A stretch of DNA of 64,000 bases from NCBI GenBank assembly GCA_046563655.1, contig CM102285.1, positions 5,456,001 to 5,520,000 on the forward strand. Reading direction: 5' to 3'. This stretch comes from Yuukianura sp. NJ FZ-2021 (lineage: Eukaryota). The notes under the pieces were generated by a model, which saw only the letters and a program-made list of their open reading frames with translations, ran no database searches and had not been told where the DNA came from. A program made the position numbers and the translations under genes. Below are positions 38,809 to 50,640 of the stretch, one piece after another (position 1 is the first letter of the stretch; each line of letters begins with the position of its first letter).

Positions 38809-41671
38809 CTAACATTTTCCACAAGCCCTGCGCACTCTTGAGTGTAATGTGGCAGGATTAGGACTCGACTCGCAGATATCAAACACGTCAACTTTCTGTT
38901 TTGGAAATGGAACTGTCACAAAGCAACCTTTCACTCTTGAAGTATCCACAGCACAACGTCTTGGGACTATGGATGGTGGAACGAGAGATATTTTGGACTT
39001 CCCGGCAACCTCGATAATATCCGAGTCTTCAATGTTCACCAAATTCTTAAAAGCTTCAACCGACACGAAGTCTTGGAGGATGGGGAAACGTTTCAGCTTT
39101 AAAGCGAGAATGGCCTTTAACGTTTTCTTTCGTCTTTGCACTAGAAACACAAATGTCTAGCATTGTAGTTACAACTATTATTGATTATCCCAATCCATAT
39201 ATTCAAGTAAACTGTCATATCAAGTAATTGGTAATTGTTATAGTTTATATCAAATAATTGTTAAGGTTGAAAAAATCAGGACTCACCTAGTACTTTAACA
39301 AGCAGGACATTTGCTGCTAGTTTCACATCATGCACAGCAGTAAATTTAGCCTCTCCATCAATCTCTGACGATTCAAAAACGGCAAAGCACATTTTCAGGA
39401 ACGGAATCTTTGCAAGTTCAAAGTGCTGATCTTCGGTTAAGGCATCAATTAGGTGGAAAGTTTCTACAAGGTTAACCAGACTTAAGTTTTACATCTACTT
39501 TTGATAATTTGTTCTCGTTGGGAGTGTAATAATTATACTAATGATAAGAAGCAAGGCTGTGCTACATACGCGGTTCGGAATGGATAATCATCAAATTCCC
39601 AATTCGATACACATCAGTCACGGTTCTCAAAAGCGGTTGTCTGCAACGCAAATGATCCGGTGCTACTTCTTGATCGCAAGGACGCCAAATGCCGACGGAT
39701 CCGTTAAGGAAGAAAGCAGCGACCTAAACGCCAAGAAATTCCAAAAATATTAAGGAAAAGTTTATGTAAAAACCTGAGTTTGTTGATATAATTACCCTAT
39801 CACGGTAAATTCGAAACGTGAAACTCGTAAAAAGAAAATTAACTGCCGACAATCGCCTGGCAGTTACAGTTTGAGTGCGGCGGCAGGAAGTGACAAGTTC
39901 CCACAACTCCGTTCTGTATAATATTTGTGTGCTTAGTTCCCATTGCAGGAGTATCTTTTTACCGTAGACGTCAAGTGTTCTACCGCAACTAGAAAAACAA
40001 AAAGAAAGGTCGTTTTATTTTCAGCAAAAGTGGATTTGAATCAAATGATAATAAACTTCTAATGTTCGACTTGAACGTTATTAAGAACTAGGTAAATGTT
40101 TGTTAAAAAGTGTCAAGTATTTTAGCACCAGAGTTAGTAGGCCGTACGGCTGTTTTGCATTAAAGATGACGTGTTTGTGTGGCGTAATCGTGTACTTATA
40201 TTCCTTCAAGGAAAAGTTGCCGACAGATTTCAACTATAAGAGTCCAAAATTTTTACTTCTATAAAAGTAAGATTTATCGACAAATGTTAACCGATTGTAG
40301 TTAACTTTTCTAACCTTGAACAGATCATTCTCGTGGAAGTTTGATTTCCGCCAGTACTCGCATTCATCACCAGAAAAGAATTGAAATACTTCATTGCGCG
40401 GTCTGGGTCTCCAAGCACAGATTCCGTTCGGGTCTGGATCAAAGGGTTTTAATTTTCTGTAAAAATCAAAAGGAAATTCGTACAGTTTGCCGCCATTAAT
40501 TTATCGGCGTATCAATACAATGCCTCACTCCCGCAATTCAGCCCTATGTTGAAGATTTACAACCGTCAACCCAGCACTCAAATCGTTTATTTTAGGAAAA
40601 GTAACTGCTGGCTTGACGTACCGAGTGGAAAATAATTCCTTTCCAAGCCATGTATAAGAACGCGACGGAGTTGGGCGGAGTTGGGATGGCGGGAACCGAA
40701 AATTTGAACGGTTGACTTTCCGCTGAGGTGACAAAAGTGTTCACATCTGGTCTTGTTTATTCTCATCCTTTCACTCATTCTTTTACTTCACTCTAGTTAA
40801 TTGTTTTAACAATTAACGTCATTAATGAATCCTTTAAACCCTACTAGAGTGAGCTTTAGTGTGCAGCAGCGAGCCTTAGGAGTCTTTGTCTTTGTCTCAC
40901 AGGATTGTGGGGACTGATGAAGCCAATTAGTTGTGCGGTACTCCTAATAGATTAAAGATTAAAAATTACAATCTGTGTGTGTGTGTGAGGTAAGTTTAGA
41001 CTATAAAGCCTCGCTGCTGCACACTAAAGCTCACTCTAGTAGGGTTTAAAGGATTCATTAATGACGTTAATTGTTAAAACAATTAACTAGAGTGAAGTAA
41101 AAGAATGAGTGAAAGGATGAGAATAAACAAGACCAGATGTGAACACTTTTGTCACCTCAGCGGAAAGTCAACCGTTCAAATTTTCGGTTCCCGCCATCCC
41201 AACTCCGCCCAACTCCGTCGCGTTCTTATACATGGCTTGGAAAGGAATTATTTTCCACTCGGTATAAGTGTAACTAGCAAGTAAATTTCGAATTGCATAA
41301 TAAGTCAATTTTCTTGATTTGATTAGGTAAGTTAGTACCTACATTTCATCAGTTGTTATAAGCATTGTTAGCTCCACCTTTCCAACAATTCTTGTTGCCT
41401 CAAAGTTCTTCAGAAGCTTCAAAGGATCAGTTGTGTCAGTAGGTAAATCCTTGGCTAGAAATTCCCGTTCCTCTAACGATAGTGCCTCGATTACTCCTAG
41501 TCTCCGATTAGCGGTATAATTGGCTGCCATTTTCCAGTTGTCAGAAACGTATGACATCCGCTCCAACTCATTTACTGATAGGTAGACACAAATTTGTTCA
41601 GCAACTTCAACCGGCAGAGTGGTCCAGTCCAGTTTCCATTTGTTGGTATGAGCGATAGAACACATTTCCAT
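38809..41671 (-). pseudogene. F-box protein gene, disrupted
   Basis: F-box motif DWTTLPVEVAEQICVYLSVNELERMSYVSDNWKMAA (41671-41342). TAG sits just before the donor. Exon 2 (41273-~40315) is split by a MITE and has in-frame TGA (40525) and TAA (40501). Further exon-like blocks at ~39480-39288 and 39141-38809 are linked by inference only. Confidence 0.6.
40621..41262. mobile_element. Tc1/mariner-like MITE with ~253-bp perfect TIRs
   Basis: 40619-40873 is the reverse complement of 41010-41264 with no mismatch seen. TA on both sides and a 136-bp spacer. Confidence 0.9.
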
Positions 41672-41947
41672 TTTCGAAAGTGTCTTAAAGCCTTTAAGGA
41701 GTTTGAAGAAGGAAGGCCGATTACACTTACTGGTTTCTGTTTGTTTTACCTTTCGGAAGTAACGTTAACTGTAAAACTGTAACACTGAATTAACACAATA
41801 CATAACTCTTCCAATTTAATTTACTTCTACACCAAAACAAACAAAACATGTGAGATTAACTTGACATGCACCAAGCAAAGGCGGTTGGCGCAAACCTTGC
41901 CTGCACGTCTTGTAACCACGAATTGCTTATGCACATAGAACTACGTA

Positions 41948-43043
41948 TTTATTATAATAGCGAAGCTATTATGATAAAAGTGGTTTGTCTGTCTGTCTGT
42001 CTGTCCGTCTGTCTGTCTGTCCGTCTGTCTGTCCAGATTAATTATCTCAGAAACTACTGGTCCGATTTGATTCCGGTTTTCACCAGTGACCATGTCATGA
42101 CCCGGGCTTGGTCACTATTGAATATGACCCCCGTGTGTCAACTCCTTCCGGGTCAAAGGTCAAGGTCAACCGGTTTTATCCCCGGTAACCGGGAAAATGA
42201 CCTCTACAAAAGTTGTTCATCTCATCGAGTGGAACAACTTTTGTGTTTAATGTGTGACCCTAGGTCACCTCCTTCCGGGTCAAAATTGATTTCAAAGGTC
42301 ATTTGTAATGCAAGTGTGGGTACAAAAAACTCTGCTTGTGAGACTGGAAAGGCAATTGGCATGGGACTTGATTCTCTGCTTAGCAAAAAATCTATTACGC
42401 AGTTGACAGATACACTTCACACACTCATGCACTGTGTCCACCGGGTGTCACCTGTCACCTGGCGGGTGTCACCTGTCACCTCTCAGTTGCCGGGTGTCAC
42501 CTGTCACCTGTCACGTCTCAGCTGTCACGTCTTACCTGTCACCTGTCACGCCTCAGCTGTCACGTCTCACCTGTCACCTGCCGGGTGTCACCTGTCACCT
42601 CTCAGTTGCCGGGTGTCACCTGTCACCTGTCACGTCTCAGCTGTCACGTCTCACCTGTCACCTGTCACGCCTCAGCTGTCACGTCTCACCTGTCACCTGT
42701 CACGCCTCAGCTGTCACGTCTCACCTGTCACGCCTCAGCTGTCACGTCTCACCTGTCAACACCCCCTGGGGGGGGGCGGGAGAGTGGGAGAACACACTCC
42801 TACTCCCCGGGGGGGGAGGCGGGAAAGTGGGGGGAACAAACCCCCTTCGGGGGGCCTATTGCTTCGCTATTATCATTATGGGCGGTTTACAACCGATTTA
42901 TTTTAAATAGAGTTTCATTTATTAAGCTCCCAACACGTTATAAGTTGTAAGTTAGTTATAAATTATATTATAAATTAGGTGAATTAGTAATAGGGTGAGG
43001 TTACATAACCTTCGCTATTAAATGTTATTTGTATTGCTTGTTT
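41948..43043 (+). mobile_element. DINE-1/HINE-like element family B with internal 7-bp minisatellite
   Basis: 5' subTIR/palindrome ATAATAGCGAAGCTATTAT, (GTCY)n microsatellite at 41988-42032, GTCACCT array at 42435-42757, inverted CTTCGCTATTA at 42862 and 43010. The right end is uncertain. Confidence 0.75.
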
Positions 43044-43466
43044 AGTGGTAAGGTTAGTAGATAGCAGAACTTATGTTACTTTCCAGTTACAATTGGGCAA
43101 TGTACCTTGAATTTATATAATGACGCCGAACCTACGTATTATTAGAAAATACAACCCCCCGCTCGCTAATTTGACAATAATAGGTCAATGAAGCAATCGA
43201 AAAGAACTCAAAGTTAAGGACGTGTGGCATGCGTATAATAAACAATAATCGTTAAATTTAGTAACCACGATAGCCGAGCTTATGAAGTTAGTAAAAGTTG
43301 CAGACATCGACAAAAAGAAACACCCTCGCGAGTGGTGAAAAACGTTCAATGCAAAGATGATAAAAAAAAGTATGGACTTTCAAACAAACAAAATACTAAC
43401 TCAAAGTTCGGTTGCCGTCGTTTGGGTTTTGTCAACAACTTTACTGAGAATGCGACATTGAAATTG

Positions 43467-43745
43467 AAAAATGGTTTTGCTCAGCGTGGGAATGTCGTAC
43501 GGTGACTCACAATATATCAAACTTTAGGCAAAGACTTGATCTTGTACTATTACGTATAAAAATTACAAAATTATAATTCTAACCGTGAAAAAAATGGACA
43601 CAAATATTCAATCCCTTCTTCCGCATAGTTACACTTGGAATTAAATACGTTTGCTGCGTAATAGTACTAGATCAAGTCTTTAGCTAAAGTTTGTTATATT
43701 GTGCGTCACAGTACGACATTCCTACGCTGACCAACACCGTTTTTC
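43467..43745. mobile_element. Degenerate foldback MITE
   Basis: ~90-bp imperfect arms TCAGCGTGGGAATGTCGTAC... / ...GTACGACATTCCTACGCTGA. Confidence 0.65.
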
Positions 43746-43799
43746 CATGACGGTGTTACAGCGTTATTTTGACCCTTCCCCCTAGTTTCCAGGGTGTTC

Positions 43800-44075
43800 G
43801 TAAGCCTTAAATATTAATAAGTTTAAATCTGGTCATTTTCTGACAGTTAGTTTGATTGCGTTGTTAAATAAACTCCGTTATCTTGTGCAATTCGTGCACA
43901 AAAAGCCCCTACATCTGCGTTAAAAATGATGAGCGACGCTTCGTTGCATGAATCTCGTGAAAACGATTTTTCATCGTTTTTTTCCATTGTGTTGCGGCCG
44001 GCCGAACTAAGTTGTATCAATCATTTCCCTCCAGAAGACATATGCTCAACCCTTGATCGTCGCGTTACCTTGTTT
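43800..44075 (+). mobile_element. HINE family A 3' fragment
   Basis: TCTGGTCATTTTCTGACAG...CTCCAGAAGACATATGCTCAACCCTTGATCGTCGCGTTACCTTGTT matches the family end. Confidence 0.7.
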
Positions 44076-44589
44076 AAAATCCAATCTAACATTCATTTTT
44101 TTTCTCGCTGCACTATGGCGTTAATATATGCATATTTAACTAATATAATTTTGGCGCCATGGTCTTTCGGATTTTTAGACACCTCAAACGAATTTTTAGG
44201 CCTTATAATAAAAAAAAGTTATAAGAAAAATTAGATGAAATTCTGAAATTGTTTAGAAATATGCAAACGTCGGCACTGTAATCACCCGTCTCCTTGGGAA
44301 AACGTTAATAATTAACGATTAATTAACAATTATTGTTGAATCCCAGGTTGTTTGAATTTTTTTAGAGGCTGGGTATTTGATCTTTTTAAAAGTCGATTAG
44401 GTACCAGCTAAACAATCCGGTAAATCCAATCCCAATGTGTAAGTGGTATTAATTTACCCCTTTCAGACAAATCCGAGGAGTCCGAAATCCGACGTTTAGC
44501 CAGATCCTTTGCTTTTTTTCATTCTCGAAGTTTATTACTACTTTCTAAAAATATAACCTTTAATTAATCTGAAATCAAAACCGGAACAA

Positions 44590-45050
44590 ATTCGGCAAAA
44601 CGGCGCTGCGATTTTTCACGATTAAAATATCATTTTATATCAATTTTTGGGTGTAGATTCCGAATCTGAAATCCGTTTTTGGCGGTCGCACCTCCTTCTT
44701 GGTAAGATTAATTAATTAGTATTTTAATTAACAGTATATGCATTTCGCATGCAGAATGAGTGTGTAACCAATGGAGATTCGAATTTATTGTTGTTATATG
44801 CTAACCAAACCTAACGCGCGCCTTCGGCGCGGAGATATAACAAACAACAATCCTTGGTTTCCATTGGTTTCACCACAAATTCTCATTCTGCTTATCAAAT
44901 TCACACTGTTAATTAGAATCTTAATTAATTAATCTTACCAAGAAGGAGGTGTGACCGCCAAAAACGGATTTCAGATTCGGAATCTACACCCAAAAATTGA
45001 TGTAAAACGATATTTTAATCGTAAAAAATCGAAGCGCCGTTTTTCCGAAT
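44590..45050. mobile_element. Foldback element (~210-bp arms) just upstream of the zinc-finger gene
   Basis: TTGGGTGTAGATTCCGAATCTGAAATCCGTTTTTGGCGGTC is mirrored by GACCGCCAAAAACGGATTTCAGATTCGGAATCTACACCCAA. The centre AACCAAACCTAACGCGCGCCTTCGGCGCG is shared with ~25910-25940. Confidence 0.8.
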
Positions 45051-45224
45051 ATAAGCCTCAAAACCAAAAGAACGGATACTTGTTATTTAAGAACCAAGTG
45101 TTTTTTGTTATTTAGCTAAGCGGAGACGAAAGCTGTTGTTTGAGGTAGGTAGAGGCAATGAGATTTAATATTCTTTCACATCGCTTAAACCTTCATCGTT
45201 ATGTTTATTAATGTGCTTACATAA

Positions 45225-48088
45225 ATGTCCAGGTTAATGGAAATGGCTGTATCAAAAGTCGTCTGCGCAATTTGCCTGAAAAACTCTACAACAACTCCAA
45301 GGCCGACTGTTCAACGAAGAACTAGAAATTCAAAGTCAACTACTAACGATTCGTGGGAATCGGTTTGGACGGAAAGCTGTGCAGAATCAGTTTGCAAGTT
45401 ATTAGACCTTCAGTTGGATATATTTAAGGAATACTTTGTCACAAGTCAGCAGTGTTCCTCTTGCAAACAATTACTAAGGGACGTGGATTTTGTAATTCGA
45501 AGCATGGACGCCATGGACATAAAACTTTCCCAGTTGAGGGTGAAACTTGCGGGGTTAATGTATGAAACTATTCAAATGTGGACGGATGAAAGTACTGAGC
45601 CAGAGAACAGGGCATCACGATCTATGGAAAACGCTATAGAAAGCTCCGCGGTTAAATACGACGATGAGGAAAGCATTTGTGCAGGTAACGTATGAATCTA
45701 GAGGCGTAAAAGTGGACTTGAAATCTGCTAAAACAAGTCAATTAAAATTTCTTTTTTAAAAAAAAGGCTCCTTCATCCTGGACTCCGATTTAAAAGTATT
45801 CTCTGAAATAACGGTTGAAGGGGAGTTCGAATCGGTACCGGACCTTCAACCAACGGATGTATCTCAAATTCAGCCAGATTCTATTTCATGTCAAACCGAT
45901 CATCTAGAGTCGATTGAATACTCTGAAGCGAGCCATAAGGATGGGCCAGAAAATCCACCATCAGTTGAAAGTTAGTACGATGACATTTCATAAGGTTCAA
46001 TTACCAAATCAAAAATCAATTCTAATTTCGATTGTTCTGTTTTGTTAATGGTCAATCCGAAAAATGATTTTTATGATAGAGTCTACCCCCAAGGAAATGA
46101 ATGAGAACTCCTGTACACGTTTAAGTAATCGAATTCGAAAACCAGTCCAATATCGAGAAGATACTGACGAAGAAGGAAGCAGCGAAGACCCTGATGCTGG
46201 TTGGTTTGAATTAAAACTATAAATTTTTATTTATATTAGCAACTTGTGTTTAACCTCAACTAATTATATATGTATACCTACTGCACAGGTTCTGACATCG
46301 AAGAGCAGCCCACATCAAACGTCAAGAGAAAATCGGGTACTGTAAATAGTGCAGCTATGTCAAAGCGCTGTAGGATTTCTGCTCCTCGTGGCATTTCTGC
46401 AAGCAATATCCATCAAAAAAGTATAACGAATGCAGATCCTGAATATGTTTTGAGCTGTCAGGAAGGTCCAGAATTTGGTGATGGATTTTTGAGTGAATTT
46501 GAAACAGACGCTGAAGATACAAGTCAATCTCAGATGAATCCCCAAATCAAACCAATAGCCAACAGTACTAAGCGTCAAGCTACTCCGTCTGAAATTTTGG
46601 TACAAAAGTTACAAGATGCCGAAGAGGTAATAGAAGAAGCTGTTGCAGAAAGACATTTTGCACCTGTAGTTCAAAATGGAACCACAACCAAAATAAAACG
46701 GAAACACAGGACGAAAGTAGTAAATAGCATTTCGTGCTCTCCGTTTCATAGTCTTACTTCCGAACTGCCAGCTCATGAAAATGCGGAACTACTCAGCACG
46801 ATGCAATTTCTAATGGAACTGGAGCAGGAGGACACCGAGAAGAATTATACATTTATTTGTCCAAGTACTTACTGTGGCCGTCGTTTCATTGGCTTTCGTG
46901 AGCTCCGGCGTCATCATTTGAAAGAACATAGCCAGCATCTTTTCCCCTATGAGTTTCAGTGCCCATTTTGTGATCATTACGTACAGTTTGATTACATGTT
47001 GGATGCCCATATTATCCGTGTGCACCAAGAACAAAAGCACGGATACATTTGTCCGGCATTGGATTGTGACATGACATTCGCCTCCAACAGAAGGTTGGTT
47101 CGTCATGCGTCTTACCATCATCCGGAAATATTGCTAAATAGAAATGACTGCAGTTATAGAGCTCAGTATCGAGACAAGTCGTTGGTTGGTTCTTCCGAAG
47201 CTGTGTTGGTGCAGAGAGCTGATCGTTCTTTTACGTCCCGACGAATGACCTATTGCCCAGTTGAAGGATGTTCGGTGCGGTGTTGCTCGCAATTTCAGAT
47301 GGACAGACATTACAACAAAGACCATGTCAAAGATCCATTTCCCTACAAATGTACTGAACTAGACTGTACGAAAGCGTTCAAAGTGGAGAATGCCCTGTCT
47401 CGGCACATGGCTACAATCCATGGAATTACTGGGAAAGGAACACTGCTCAATTGCCTTTTCTGTCATTATCGATGTCTTGGCCAAAGCAGCATGAATCAAC
47501 ACATGCGTACCGCACACCACAAAAATGACGCTCCAAAATTTTACTGCAAAGTTTGCAACTTACTATTCTTTGCTACAGAGCATTGCGAAGAACATGAAAA
47601 ATTGCATGATGACAAAGGATACGATTGCGTGATTTCCCAATGCAAAACTAAACGGTTTTCTCATCGTGAAGAACTTGTTGCCCATGTCAAATGTGAACAT
47701 TACGGTAATTACCGTAAGAAGTATATTTGCTCCACTTGCGGAAAGGCGGTGAAGACGGCATACTTATTAAAAGCACATGTGGCAGTACATAGTAGTGATC
47801 TCCCTTTTAAGTGCAACTACTGCGACAAAGGTTTCCGAAACACTATGAATCGAACAAGCCATGAAGAAATAATGCATGGAGATCCACTGCAGAAAAAGCT
47901 ACAATTGCAAACTCTGCACTGCTACTTTTACAGCTCGCCAGTACTTATACAAACACAATGCGTGGCATAAGCATGGGGCCAATGCCAATTTGCCAGTCGC
48001 TAGGAAAAAACTAAGGAACCTGGAGGTGGAAGATGTCGTAGAAGCATCGGAAAAGCCGAAAAGACAATTAAGGTCCAACACAGCATAA
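45225..48088 (+). CDS. Multi-C2H2 zinc-finger protein with N-terminal ZAD-like C4 domain. Exons 45225-45684, 45767-45970, 46080-46199, 46289-end. Frameshift at ~47895
   Basis: VCAIC...CSSC N-terminus, acidic linker and about 10 C2H2 fingers in the 46270 ORF. One more finger (YNCKLCTATFTARQYLYKHNAWH) lies in the shifted frame ending at 48088. Confidence 0.85.
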
Positions 48089-50478
48089 AAATGTTGAAAA
48101 ATATTTTGTAACCGCAAGAATCCAAGCTTGCCGGAAGTCTGTCACCACCATGTACACAGGAATCGATGAATCGGCGGGCTTCGTCTTACAATTCACCGGA
48201 AACAAAAAATTCTGAAGTGACTTAAGCTTATGCTTTCAAATAACTTGGTTTCAGCTAACTTTTAGTAAATTAGATTGTTTTTAATGAACCTACTTGCCTT
48301 ATAGCATTCTATTTTGTGGTAATATCTAATTCATCTGATTATATTTTTATGCTCTGAAGCAGGAATTTTGTAATTGCAGAGCAGACCAATTTTCTTAAGG
48401 GAATTTAATTCAAATTCAAACTAATTATCAAATTACCTGAAAGAATTGTATAGTACAACGTGTAGACAAAATTTCACGATATTTATTAAAGCGGGGAGAC
48501 AATGTGCATATTAACAATTAAAATGTTTGTACTCTTTGGACATTTAAACCAGTATTACATTTATATTAATTAGCTTTATTTTATTCTATCTATTACTTCT
48601 ATTAACTTGAATTAATAAATCTGACCCCTTTCACGGTTTGGTTTTTAACATTTTTATTTGCTTCGGAGTTAAAGAACACAGTGGAAGAGTTTTGTAAGAC
48701 GTTTGAACCCCTACACCTTTTTAAAGGTTATTGAAAGTATCCTGCCAGGAAAAAATCCGAATTTTTGTACTTTAGAATTAGGAAGCTGGCGTTCAAGTAA
48801 TACTCAGCTCAATGTATTACCCGGAAATTACTACGCCTATATTTCGTTTGGTAATGCAGGCATAAGGAAAGTGTGATTGATATTTTAGAAATAAAGTCAG
48901 GAAACGTATTCGGAATTGGAAATTGACTGACTAGAGTTCCTGATTTGTTTCTTCTGTTACAAAACAAAAAGAAATGATCGGTGTACAACAGCAAAGGTTT
49001 AGGGGTTTGAAGATGTCCTGACGTAAATATTCCCGCTTACACAAACGCCCGCCAAAGGTTCAAAAAAATGTACTTCGAGTATATTTGAATGACCTCTAAG
49101 ACAGTCAGACGCAGTTCTACACAATTTCAAACTGCGTAATCCTTTTCTGTCGAAACAATTACCACAGGAAAAGTGTTTTAAACTTCTCTCTGTTCATTTT
49201 TTTTTTGCCACGCACCACGACATGTAAACGCCATGATTAGTTTTTGCAGATGGCTTAAATATTTTCAAAGTGAATAGCGTTTAAACTTAAGATCACAGTG
49301 CGTGTGTGCAGGAGTCTACAATACACGAGGATGCCGGATTAAACGGGGGTCAAGGTACGACAGAGCAACATAAGTAAATGAACCCGCAGATTTCTGCCTC
49401 AAGAAAATGAGCGCATCACAGCCGGTAGTGTTTGAATTAATGTACATACACATGCGTTTTGAGCATGTGCTTTACTATGTTGACTTAATTGGGAGAGTGT
49501 ACTGCAGATGTAACAGATTAGGTACATGGGTTTCATTTCCATAATTAAACGTTAGATAGACCTAGCAAATCAACTTTATGTCAGGAATATTTTGAAGGAA
49601 ATGGGAATTGACTAAATCGTATTGTAACCGCCCAGACGCAGAGGCGTATAGCTTTAAACGTGTCGGTAATGCTGAATGATAAGTGCGGTGTTACCATCCC
49701 TGCCTTTCTATTCTATTATGTACGTAATCACACACGCCGCAAACGCAATACGGCAACATTGCAGCTTCTCGCAGGCAACAACCACACGTGATACTCCTGC
49801 TTTACATGGCAAAACTGTATTCGGTATCTATTCTAGATTCAATTAGACGGCAATTTTTAACTCCTGCAATAATTATTGTAAATACCTGTTTAACAATGCT
49901 ACGTCAAGACGTAATCAGTTTGTACCACAGTATGTTGACAAGGTTCCTATACAAATGAAATAATTTTCGTTTAACAGGTTAGACAATAAGTCCCCTTTCC
50001 CAGAAGTTTCGCTGCAAAAAAACACCCCCCCCCCCCATCCTTTGAAGTTGTTTATGGCCCTTTTTGTGCTAAAACCAAACTGGAGGTTCAAAATGAAGAA
50101 AATAAAAATTTGGAGCAAGAATTCCCAAGGAAACTAGAGTTGCCGTTATGCCCTTTAATTTTTGAAATTTCGAGGAGTAAACCATACAAAACCGACTTAT
50201 TGCCTAAGATGTTAAGGAAAAAACTATTTCTTTGTTTACAAACCTTGGTTAACGGGTGAAAATAGGGCAACATTGTCCATACTTATTCTCGACACTTGGT
50301 CGAGTATTGGTTTCTATATTGCGTTTCCGCCGTGTTTACATACATAAGTGTTCAGCATCCTGTTGACACTGTTCGATCCATCCATAGATAGTTACAATTG
50401 CTGCTGACTCTGTGCACTGGTTTAGAGTTTTCCCATCAAATATCAAGAGCGCTATGCATTACGTTTTAATTGTTGTTA

Positions 50479-50486
50479 TGAGGTAG
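50479..50486 (-). promoter_or_regulatory. let-7 8mer seed match (CUACCUCA) in the putative chinmo 3' UTR
   Basis: + strand TGAGGTAG equals let-7 nt 1-8. The UTR extent is not demonstrated. Confidence 0.55.
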
Positions 50487-50631
50487 ATTTTGGGTATTAA
50501 CGGTTTAAGATGACACGAGTATGAAAATATTACATCTCAGATCCCGCTGAGAGAGGCTCAGAAACACAGAACTTGGAGGTAAAGCTATAATGTATAATCT
50601 GTTTTGAACTATCGGTAAATTATTTCTAAAT

Positions 50632-50640
50632 TCCCTGAGA
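50632..50640 (-). promoter_or_regulatory. miR-125 8mer+1 seed match (UCUCAGGGA) in the putative chinmo 3' UTR
   Basis: + strand TCCCTGAGA equals miR-125 nt 1-9. Confidence 0.55.

Noticed and set aside
41866..42950. 346-aa and overlapping ORFs as real proteins
   Set aside because: They are translations of the microsatellite and minisatellite of a DINE-like element.
45141..45152. let-7-like sequence TGAGGTAGGTAG
   Set aside because: No precursor hairpin, and it lies beyond the convergent zinc-finger gene, so it is not in the chinmo UTR. It may be a splice donor or chance.
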